NCBI GenBank assembly: GCA_030704615.1
Contig: JAKLZA010000040.1
Span: forward strand, 1 to 25,000
Direction of reading: 5' to 3'
Origin: Takakia lepidozioides
Lineage: Eukaryota; Plantae; Bryophyta
DNA length: 25,000 bases
Part shown: positions 11,976 through 22,507 of the stretch, piece after piece
Position numbering within the stretch: position 1 is the stretch's first letter
Layout: each line of letters begins with the position of its first letter
The notes under the pieces: generated by a model
Seen by the model: the letters and a program-made list of their open reading frames with translations, nothing else
Told to the model about the DNA's origin: nothing
Databases searched by the model: none
Program-made: the position numbers and the translations under genes

Positions 11976-14900
11976 TCAATGTGTGTGCGGAACCATTTCA
12001 CACCTGCAGGCAAGCAACAGATGTTTCCTGTTCTTAGTGCCCCTCCAAAACAAATTTGCACTTCTGTCTGATAACTCGTGACTGCTTATCACACCACCCC
12101 TTTCCTGCCGCTATCCGCTCCTGACAACCTAGGGTCCGCAAAGTGTAATGGATTGACCTTTCTTTCCAATTCATTTCATTTCTTTCTCTATGGAACCCAC
12201 TCTCTCACTGAGGTCTTTCACTAGGCAGATCAGAAATGTTTGGCAGCCTACCTGCACGAGGCATTCACCCTTAGAACAATAGTTCTTATCTCTCTGGTTT
12301 CCTGTTTTCTCTCATGTTTTTCTTTCCATTTTGTCCCATAAGCTCTATGAGCTTTCTGCGGACGTTATAAAGCACCATTTCATTTCATTTCTCTTGAAAA
12401 TACGCCTGCTGTCCACAGAAGGTAGGACATCCTCAGGCAATTGGGTGGCTTGGATGTCCTCGGCTTCCGACCAAGGTCCTCCTGATGGTTGAATGTGGTC
12501 TCAGTAGAAATAAAGCAGTGGCGCTACAATGTCTACATACTTGAGGCCGCAGAGAGCAAAATCTAACATACTACTTGGCTATATAGGGTGTATGATGTTA
12601 CCTGCAAGGACAAACATCCCTAAAACCTCGAGAAATAACGCCAACTGCAGCTGATGCAATCTCCTTCCATGCAACTTCTGAAGGAAGTTCATCTCTGAAT
12701 GAAAGCTGCAAAAGATGGTCTGCAGCATGCAAGCCACCCACAGTTACAGTAGCTGATATTCCAAGAAACATAGTGGCAAAGCCCACTACAATCTTGACGA
12801 GGGTTCAGGACAGGTTGGGGGGAAGGGTAAACACACCTTCTTTCAAAGACGAGGCCACAGTCAAGAAGAGGATTCCTCGACCATTAACGCTGCGCATGAG
12901 AGCCGCATTCAGATCCCCCTGCAACATAGCACAGTGTAATCCATGTCACAACCACCTCACTATGGTCTTTGGAAGCATGCTATTCCATGACTGGGATATA
13001 TAAGTGCAAAGATTTAGGGTAGCAGCCAAAACAATCACCACAAACTGGTGGGTGAATTTGCATTTTAGACCAACCCATCAAGGTGTTCTGCTCAAAACCC
13101 CACTCTAACAAAGATTGGAGTTCATAGCATGTGGTAAATCAGCTGGAAACTGCTCATACGCTAAACAAGCTATATTCAGACCTCATGGACACCTCGAAGT
13201 GGAGATCCAACAAGACCAAACACAACGAGCAAGTTGACATTGTTGGCTTCCCCTTCTTCCTGACAGCTGCCGTAATATTTGAATCTACCATCTGATTGCA
13301 CCAGCTTGGCAAACTTGTGTGCTGCTTCTACTCCATGTGATAGGGCCCCGTTGCTGCAGCCCCCAGCAAAGTCCTCACACACCACTGCCCGAGAAAGAGC
13401 TTCTTGCAATGACATAAGATTTTGCCAATCTTGGCCAATCAAAACCAGGCACGTGTTGGGTTGGCTCTCCCAGGGACCCCCAAACAAAGCCTCTGCCCTC
13501 TTCTTGCCACTCCAGTGAAAGAGGAACCGAGTTTGCCTGTAACAGACAGTACAAAGTAAATGACTATCCTGTCAATACACCCAAGCAGTTCTGCAAACGG
13601 TTTGAAGAGAATGGGCCATCCATCCAAAGCACTGGGCCCCTAACCACAATGGCAACTTGTACACTTGTAGCTACCAACAACAAAGCCATCAATGCACTGA
13701 GTGATCTACTTCCATCTACCAAACTGCCCAAAGATACACTGTCCACATCCGTTTGTGCATTCACAACATGTTACTTTCCAGAATTGCTTTAGTGATCACC
13801 AGTCCTTTAAATGGGTTCGTTGTTAGAATGGAAACACCTGTATCAAGGTGAATAGGAATTCATATGATTCAAATTACAAAACTTTAGAGAGAGTCGCTGC
13901 CTCAGATACAATATGATACCCTAAAAATGCACACTGATCTCTCGTACAAGAGCTATGCTTCCATGGTAATAGGCCTCTGCTTTCCTGTTGGATTGGCTTC
14001 GCATGTACATCACAAAATTCCTATACTCCATCGTCAAGAATCCCACTCAATGGTGTAAATCGCTTTCCATGACTACAATAAAACATCGTGAGTTGTCAGC
14101 AAATTACCTGCTTTCCTCAAACCAAATGACTCCTTTTGCTCTGAGCAGACCTTTCAATGTTCGCATTTGATTCACAACTATTGTCTGGAAAGCTGCCAGA
14201 GAGATCGGTCTAATGCTAGAGAAGCTGACCGCAGAAAACGTCTTCCCCTCACCATCATGACTGCCTGGAGAAGTGGAACACCAACAATAAAAACTTTCAT
14301 TACCAGTCAGTTTTTAGAAGTGGGTCCGTATTACTTCCTTCATGGACATGCTCCCTCTTGTCTATTATAAGGCCACTTCTAAGTACGATGTAATATTGTA
14401 AAGACTCGATAGAGTGCTTGAAGTATTTCCAGTCTCATTCCCACCTGATTACTCCACCCTCCCCCTCCATTTTTGCTTTTGCTCACAAAACTACAAAAGA
14501 GAATTTTAAGAGAGGAACTTACCCATAGTGGATGCCTGTTCAAGTTTAGCTTTCCTCATCTTAGATAGGAAGTCCTCATCACTCTCACTAGCAACATAGC
14601 TTGAACCTCCCTTCGGTCCAGGTCGAGATGAGATTGCCGAAATTGCTTCATGAGAAAGAAACCCAGCAGTGGAGTTTGCACTGGTTGTAGCAAGAGGCGG
14701 AGGGAGCTCAGGCACACCAACATTGATAACCAAATCAATGGGAACATTGCAGAACCGACATCGAACAGCTTTGGTGCCTCCAGTTGCTTCATCCACACGG
14801 TCTTCGGCATCTGAGATAACACCTAAGGAGGCTATATCACACCTGCCTCCTGTTAGGTTAGGATCTCAGCCCAGAGATAGAGAAACAAGAAACCAGGAAG

Positions 14901-16147
14901 GGAAGGAAGGGACAAGGCTAATGCTTGCAATAAGGTCTAATGAAAAAACATGGAAAGCAAAAGAAGGGTAAACAGAGACAATGTATGAGCATTCAGGATT
15001 TGGTGAAGTGCAAGAGAACTCTCACAACAAGACAACTGACATGATCTAATTATTTCCATAGCCACTCCTTGAATGAGAAAGAGGGTAGAGCAAGAGATAC
15101 TTGTTGATGAGGACAATGTCCGCAATGACTAGCTGTTGCTTGGCAATAGGAAATTCAAGAATAGTGTTAAGAGCTTCCGCATCGACTACCGTCACTATTA
15201 TGTCCAACCGCACTCCTGCAGCTTCCAAATCTTTGGCTATTGGGAGCGGGTCCGCCACTCCTGATGTCTGCATCATAGCATAAATAGCTTAAAACCCCAA
15301 CTACACACAGCTGGTTAAAAACATTTCGCACTCGGCTCTTTTTGAGCGCTTGTATGACTGAAAGTGCACAGAGTTGCATCACACAAGCCTTCAAAATTAT
15401 ACAAAATAAAACCAACACAGTTTATAGCTTAAGATCCAATCAGACAAATGCGAACAAGACAATAAAGTTAACCCTGAAAATCTCCTTCACAATCACCAGA
15501 GAACTCGCCAAAAAAGAGCTTTGACCACTAATGCAGACCTCAATTACGAGATAATCGAAGTTATGTTTGCTGCTAATGACGTCCCGTACCGCCTCCTTCA
15601 AGTTGCCTCTCACATTGCAGCAAGCACATCCTGCTCAGAACCCAATTCCGTCATAAAAAAAATCGATCCTTGATTTTGTGATGACCACAAGAACATAGGA
15701 ATGATGCCTCTGACTACCATCACCAAGTCTGGATATCGACAGAACTATCAATTTGACAAAATTACCCACCACACAATTCCCCACTGATCTGTTCTAGAGC
15801 TGACGAGCAAGCATAAATACTGAAATACTCTCAAAAGTGAACAACATATTCGTACCATTGGAGAGCGACACTGACCGTAAGCCAAGGGCGGCATTCGAGG
15901 CAGAAGAATCCAGCAGAAGAGAATCAATATCGATTTCTGCCAACTCATTAACCAGAACAGCAACTCGCAAATCCCCTCTTTGCTTCATGATGTGGTGCAC
16001 CAAAGTGGTCTTCCCACTTCCCAGGAAGCCTGTAACCAAAGAACATCCCATACGCCCACCTGTCCCTTCCTTCTTATCGAACACTCGGCTCTCATATGCC
16101 AGGGACATCTGATTGCTTTCTTTCATAAAACCCTGTAAATCCTCCAT
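11976..16147 (-). CDS. COG0523/CobW-family G3E P-loop GTPase (putative Zn/metal chaperone) with CobW_C domain plus an extra C-terminal decarboxylase-small-domain-like module, 536 aa
   Basis: Exons 16147-15856, 15630-15539, 15267-15101, 14842-14523, 14264-14108, 13536-13182, 12918-12837, 12719-12602 and 12003-11976 total 1611 nt with all phases consistent. Motifs: Walker A TGFLGSGKTT, VLVNE, metal-binding GCACC (CxCC), Walker B LVIETSGVADP, VTVVDA, G4 NKCD, CobW_C LLRAKGVIWF...RFLFHWSGK...CLVLIGQ. The last micro-exon is less certain: unspliced read-through stops at 12598-12600. Confidence 0.93.
12329..12391 (+). mobile_element. Short 3'-terminal copy of the same LINE/SINE family in the last CobW intron (antisense to CobW)
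   Basis: Near-identical to 19133-19200: identical 20-mer TGAGCTTTCTGCGGACGTTA, the AAGCTC-TAT-GAGCTT hairpin and an (ATTTC)3 tail. Confidence 0.75.
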
Positions 16148-16157
16148 TTCTATCTCC

Positions 16158-16162
<5 letters not shown>

Positions 16163-16227
<65 letters not shown>
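16163..16227. repeat. (CT)n/(GA)n microsatellite, ~65 bp with one interruption, 15 nt upstream of the CobW start codon
   Basis: Directly visible CT run from 16163 to 16227; reads (GA)n on the CobW sense strand. Confidence 0.98.
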
Positions 16228-18279
16228 ACAGGCGAGTTGGGCTTGTGGGTCCTCTCCTCCGTCCTCAACAACACACCGATCGATCCTTCTGTCCGATCTG
16301 CTGTGTGTACAGGAGACGCTACGGATCGAAAAATCCCACACTTTTTTCACTCCTGAATTTCTCAATAACATATGGGTCCAAATTCTACCGTCGATTTTTC
16401 GAGAATCCACGGTTTCAAAGTAGCCCGTCCCTATTGATTAGTTACAGAGGGACCAGCCTTTGTAGAGCAACGCTTCAAGGACTTGTATACTCGGCTCTCC
16501 ATATCAAAGCTGCAAGAGCTGGTGCCGCCTCTTTTCAGGGAAAAATCTCATTTTCCCTGATGTGGGTCCGTCCTTGGAAGTTTTCTCTTGCGGTAGAGAT
16601 AAGAAGGAGGGGAGGAGAAGAAGAAGAAACAGACAATAACTACATTTTCACATCGGGTATTTGCTTCACACCTACCATGGGCGTGAATTCAGAGTAGACG
16701 GTTGACAGAAAGTTTGTATCGTGTTGTTCGGGGTTGTTAACAATGCCTCTGTGATCTCGCAGAGACAGGAAGAGAGAGAAGAGTTACTTATCACTTAGGC
16801 ATTCAAGATTAACATAAGTGTTTTTCTCGATAAGTCCGTGTTGGAACATACACATCTTCTGGCGCCAAAATTGGTGAACCAATCTGAATTCCCACAATGA
16901 AGCCTTGCTATTGTGAGGCACTGAATCGAATCTGGTAGAATCTACCAAGAGGACTTCAGCATCCCAAATAATGGTTCGTCGATTCGTCCTCCTTGGATGA
17001 TCGCAGTCGCTCAATTTCGTAGAAGTTATTTTCCCTTTGCCTGTAGTTGGAATGACGTTTTTGTTTCTCACCTTGTTCGTATATCTTGGTCCAAATGCTA
17101 GTATAGAACTCCTACTTCCCTCAAATATATTTATATCTGTACAGGGGAAACTGTATCCACAACTCCATATATAAGTTAAGGTCACAGTCAACATGCCGTC
17201 ATTTGAATATTGAGGAATTTAAGGGGTTGTTGAGCGCTGATTCTGCCAGCGAGACACCTGATACTGTCTGGTCAACATTCACAATTGTCGATGCACTTGT
17301 CAAGCTTAATTTTATATTGTTTCTGCATTTTAGAGCAGTTTACTGGGCTGTAGCACCTTTCCAATGTGTTTCAGGGTGCTAGATTGCTTAGTACATTCAA
17401 TGGCCTGTCAGTGTGAGGCATGCTTGTGACAGCCGGATTAAACCTCAATCTCTTTCCAATCATGGGTTACCAATACTGAGACTGTCACCCACCCAGGCTG
17501 GATAATATCCTGCAGGCATATCACAAGGCTATGCAACTGTGTACTTGCTTTGCAAACCATACAATGTGGCAATCCAATTCTAATGGATTGATTTGCCTTT
17601 TTTCTGTGACCTATAATACGGCATGGAATTCAAACATTTGGTCTCACCATTCATATGGTCCCAAATAAAGTTTCAGTCGACACGTCATGTAATCAACATG
17701 ACAGCAATTGGATTTGAATTGACATGGACTCCAGCTGGAGAGTACATAAAGTATATGTTTCCAGAGGTTTGTTTGATCTGGTTGCCTACATGCTTAGATC
17801 GAGTGTAGACCGCCTTTGGGACAATAATTTGGGTGCTCAAATGACTTCATTTTTGTGTGTTATGTTGTGGTGCACCAATTGATGTGAAAGTCCTGTCAAC
17901 CTTCTAATCAACTTCAGTCCTCGACCTTATTGGAATTTCCATGGAAGATTGGTTTTGACTGCAAGGAAGATAATGTTTTTTGTGTGAAGTCAGTATATCA
18001 TTAAAGCAAACAATCAAGCTTTGTCAGGGCTTTAAAATTACATCTAAGTGCTGCCACTGAGAGAAAGAGAAGCCATAGGAGTGCGTTCACTGTATTTATA
18101 CTTTGTTTGTATATTGAGGGTATCCTCCAATTCTTGTCCCTGGTCATTTTGAATTGTGAGGCCTTCTTTTCACACTTTGGAAACATTTTTCTGTCTCGTC
18201 TTTCTCTCTGGTCAGCACTTGAGGTAATGCCTAGAACCCTGGCCCTCCTTTTGTAAGAAATCTGTCTTGATCCTCAGGG

Positions 18280-18526
18280 TATGGATAAAGTAGTGAAGAT
18301 TTTTCTAGAGAATATCTGGGAAGCCAGAACTGATGCAAGTGAGGTGAACTACAGGCCCTAGCTTCAGCAATGGCAAGAGGCCCACTCTGTCGGCCCTCTG
18401 CTCATCAAAGTGGTTGAGAATGTGTGATCAATCTCTCTTGTTGTTGGGGTAACCTTGTTTTCTCTTTTGGCCATAAGCTCCCTAAGCTTCTCTGACATTG
18501 TGAAGTTTTTCTTTCTCTCTCTCTCT
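18280..18526 (+). mobile_element. Second, more diverged 3' fragment of a related LINE (may extend upstream to ~17950)
   Basis: GTGAAGATTTTTCTAGAGAATATCTGGGAAGCCAGAACT (~18293-18332; MDKVVKIFLENIWEART) aligns with GTGAAGGGCTTTCTAGAGGATATCTGGAAAACCCAAACT (~18876-18914). Its 3' end TCTTTTGGCCATAAGCTCCCTAAGCTTCTCTGAC resembles 19131-19167 and is followed by a TC-rich tail. Confidence 0.6.
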
Positions 18527-18529
18527 TGT

Positions 18530-19212
18530 CCCTTAATGAAATCACTTATAAGACTTCCCTGAACTTGTTTCCTGTGTGTGACATGGGCGAGGACCTTAAG
18601 GATGATCTCAAGGGCCTACCTTTGAATTTTAAAAAAATGCAGAGAGGAAAGGAGAATGTACTTGGCCGATGTGCAGGCAGCCTGAAACATTTTCTGATAC
18701 ATTGTCTGGGATTATCTCACCAGAGAGTGACCCTCTTCAGTAACATCAAGAAAATTGTTCCCACACCTCTGTTCACCAACTTGAAAATCTTGACCTGCTG
18801 AGAAGCCGCCTGTTTGGGGTCCGATTGCTGGGCAGCTCACACACAGCAGCTCACACACAGCAGGTTGATGCTTGTGTGAAGGGCTTTCTAGAGGATATCT
18901 GGAAAACCCAAACTAAGTTTCTTTAACGTGGTGAGTCTCACTGCTGCAGAGAGCCCCTCACAAAGATAGTGTCTGTTGCCTTTGTTCCGCCCAAACTGGG
19001 CATGGGGTCTATGGCCACAAGACTAGCACTTATAAGTACATTCTTTCTCCTCCCCTGGGCCCTTTTGGCCCTCCATAGACGTAATAAAATTTTATCTTTT
19101 TGGGCCCAATTTTTTCCTTGTTCCTTGCTTTCTTTTGGCCCACAAGCTCTTTGAGCTTTCTGCGGACGTTAAAAAGTACTATTTCATTTCATTTCATTTC
19201 TTATTTCTCTCT
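18530..19212 (+). mobile_element. Degenerate 3' end of a non-LTR retrotransposon (LINE): ORF2 C-terminus, 3' UTR, stem-loop and (ATTTC)n tail
   Basis: The translation contains LKHFLIHC...R..LF (HxxxxC half of the LINE C-terminal zinc knuckle), then ...VDACVKGFLEDIWKTQTKFL*, with an internal stop and a 14-bp duplication. It ends in the AAGCTC-TTT-GAGCTT hairpin followed by (ATTTC)4. The 3' end recurs elsewhere in the window. Confidence 0.7.
18832..18862. repeat. 14-bp tandem duplication (GCAGCTCACACACA)x2 within the LINE remnant
   Basis: Directly visible; it frameshifts the LINE ORF2 remnant. Confidence 0.9.
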
Positions 19213-19978
19213 CCCTTCCACACACTCACACTCACTGTCTCAATGACCTATATCCTTTGGGGTCTGTGGCTGCTAGACAATAGCCCCGTGCAGCTTCCGA
19301 GTACATCTCCCTGTTCATCCTTTTTAGGTAGATCCTTTCAGTCAAAATTACGTCCATGTTAGGTGGTACACTAATTGGATCACCAAATGTTCTGTCTGCA
19401 GGCGGGACTTGTAGCATTGACTAAGCAGTTTGGTTTGATTATACATGAGGACTTCGGAGTGCAATGGCTCCTTGATGAGTTGTAACATAAACATAGAGGT
19501 TGGATCTTAGGCTGCAGGGGGACTGTATGACGAGTCCAATTATTTGATACCTTCGTCCAGGGTTCAACCATGTGTGAGACTGATCAAGCTATGATGGTTG
19601 GTAGTTGTCATGGGTGACTGGTTGGAATTTTTGTCCCATCTGACCGTAATCAACCATCAGGCAGACTAAGCATTTCTCTTCTGGTCTTTTGCAGAATTAC
19701 AATGTTCTGTTTGAGAAAGAGGGGATAGCCAACTTGAGGAGTATGAGTTGGGAGGCCCTTGAGCTCTAGGGAAGAGGCTAGGGTGGTTTGAAATCAAGAA
19801 CCTTGGCCACGGATTTCTTATTGATTCCTTACTGACTGAACTACTGTTGGGCATGGTCTTACTTGTGACAGTAACCATAATGGCCCTTTTCTGTAACTGA
19901 TTTCATTCTCTCTTATACCTTACATATGAGCAATAATGGGTCACATTACCCACTTCACACTTCTGTGAGCTGGCCTCC

Positions 19979-22507
19979 ATGATGCACTCGCCTGATAAGG
20001 ATAGAAGCTTCTCAGAGTGTTCAAGCTCTGCTCCCAGCCATGGGGGGCCTTCTGATCAGAGATCTGTTCAAACACTCTTGTGGCACAAAATCTCGGAGTT
20101 GTTGCAAGTCCCAGAGCGGGATGCTGTGAAGGCAGAGCTAGGAAGAGACTTGATCGAAGAAAATGAACTTCTGTTCAATGAGGCTGTTGCTTTGGAAGAG
20201 ATCTTGGCAACAGTTAAGCAGGATACCAACCAGCATATTGTATCACAACATCTTTTTGACTCACCTTTGCGCCTGATGCTGGAAAATGAGGTCCGTATTT
20301 TAGTACAAGCATTGCAGAAAATTGGTACGCCCTTGCCTCAAGATCTTGTGTCATTTCCACCGCCCTCAAAAAGTAACCAGCGTCAAGCTCTTAGCCATGT
20401 CAATAGCAACAATATCTGCATATCATTGGCAAGTGAAGCTTACTGGTTAGATGATATCGAAGGAAGGAGTGTGGGTGGAGAGGTGGCCGTGAGTGAGTCC
20501 CCGGTGGTGGATCGCCTTAGTGGAGCTGTCGGCCAAGACAGGGAACGATGCAACTTTGATAGTACCCTATTACGAAACTCTTTCCCTGATGACCAAAATT
20601 CATTACATGTGGGAACTCTAGCAAGTCAGAAGCCCTTGGCACAGCTTCATGTTTCAACAATTCCTGGATCCAAGGGCCTGCCAGATTCAATCCTTAACGA
20701 CCACAAATACAAGCAAACACTCGACCACATAATCTGCAGGGGCAAAGTCCAAGATTGGAAAGAGGAGAAGTGCTCTCGAAGTCTGTCATCAAGGGCATCA
20801 ACTACCAGTAGCAGCATCAGCAGTGACAAGGGGAGCATGACTGATTTTTTAAGCAGTCCTGGCTCTGTTTCTTCATCCCAGAGCTTGTCTATGGCCCCTT
20901 TTGATCCAGCTTTGGTGGTGCATTCGGTGGCCCCTCACTTGAGCTTATTTCATATTGATGCAGTGGCAGATAGATTGCACTCTGCTCTTGCCACTGAGCA
21001 TGTATGGATCAATTCTTCATCTGCTTCCGCCTTTGTTCTTTCTCATCTCCACAGAGACTTAATTGGGAATCACACTTCGGCAAAAATCTACATACGACTT
21101 TGCTTGGCTTAGAGAGTTGTGTTCGGTACATTAGTTGCTTTTGGGTCAGGTCACTTTTTTAGATGTTCAAGTGGAGAATTTTCTACATCCTAGCAGTTTC
21201 TTTAAGATATGATTGCAATGGAGAGCCAAGGTTTGCACGGCACGGGGCAGGGCAAGGGTACACCCTTGATGTCCTCTCCAAATGTTGGACTTTATACCAG
21301 TAGGATCATATTCCCTTTGAGATAATAACCCACAGAAGGCATTGTGGGGATGTGAGACGCCATGAGATTGCCACAGTGCTCACACCATAGCTCATGATAG
21401 TCTGCTTTCACATGCTTGAATGTTGATTTAAGGGCTGACCCTGACAGCATAAACAACTTGAGTTTGATTCCTGGACTGCTTTTCTGGCCCTGTACCTTGC
21501 AATGAATGTGGCACATGTTGCAGTGGTTTGCCCTATACTGCTGATGGAAAAGGACTGAGAGAAAGAGAAAGATGTGGACTGGGAGCTGGGTTGCTGCCGC
21601 TGCCACTAAAGACTGACTGCATTGTGGATGATGTGCTGCAGGCTGCTCTGCTTGAGGACGTTGAGCATTTGCGAGCTTGCCTTGAGGAGTCCACTGACGT
21701 TTACTCAGGGGTGAGGGATTGTCTTTGTATGTACCTCCCCCCATCTACCTGTGAGTCATGCAGATTTGGAGCTTGGAGCTATAGAAGAGGCGGTTTCCTA
21801 GTGTTACATAGGTCTCAACCCTGCTAACTTTTATTGTTCCAAGGTACTGCGACACAGTTGACTGTTTGGGAATTAACAAAGACGCAAGGTTTATGGAGGA
21901 TGGGCATCAGACCTACGGAAGGCATATTGAAGATTGGCCTTAGTGTGTCCCTTGGGTAGACCGCAATATCATCCTTACATGTATGTATATATCTTGTCTT
22001 GATGGTCAGATACTTCACTGAAGCCTGAAGAATTGCAGGTCCATCTCACTAAGACGAGGATGTGACATACTAGCTAGCCTTTTGCAGGTCAAGAGTGAAC
22101 CCCCATCATTTGCAGACATGAAGAATTGTGGGCGAAAGCTAGAGGAGCACTTATGGAGTCAGCAGTTCCATAAAGCACCCACAACTGGACCCCAGCAGCT
22201 GGCCAAGACTCGCAGACATTCAAGTGTTCGACCTTTGCAACCTGGGCTTATTTCAAGTTTTGAAAGTTCGGATGGTCAGACACCTCCACTTCCCCATATC
22301 AAGAACAGGAGACAAGCAATTGTTGGTGGATCCGTGAGAAGTGATCATGCACCTCTTCCTTCAACTGGTGGAGTGCGGAGGAGTGAACAGTTACCACCTG
22401 TGTCAAATGGGAGAGTTCTTTCAAGTAATCACGAGATTTTGGGGACTTTGATTTCCAAGAATTCCAAGGCTCCCTCCCAAAGACCGAATATTGTGAATCA
22501 GAGGTGA
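19979..22507 (+). CDS. CCDC24: CCDC24-like coiled-coil protein (~503 aa)
   Basis: Exons 19979-21001, 21642-21710 and 22088-22507, all phase 0. Blocks LLWHKISELLQVPERDAVKAELG..LIEENELL..EA.AL, LMLENEVRILVQAL, HLSLFHIDAVADRLHSALATEHAALLEDVEHLRACLEE and EPPSFADMK match recalled CCDC24 blocks ([77 protein letters not shown]). The 3' end is uncertain because of a possible donor at 22504. Confidence 0.82.

Noticed and set aside
16113-16697. 194-aa plus-strand ORF and the minus-strand ERERER ORFs
   Set aside because: Products of the (CT)n microsatellite and GC-rich promoter; no recognisable domain.
17674-17683. ZDRE-like site (GTGTCGACTG on minus) 1.5 kb upstream of CobW
   Set aside because: Only 8/10 match to RTGTCGACAY, single copy and distant; compatible with chance.
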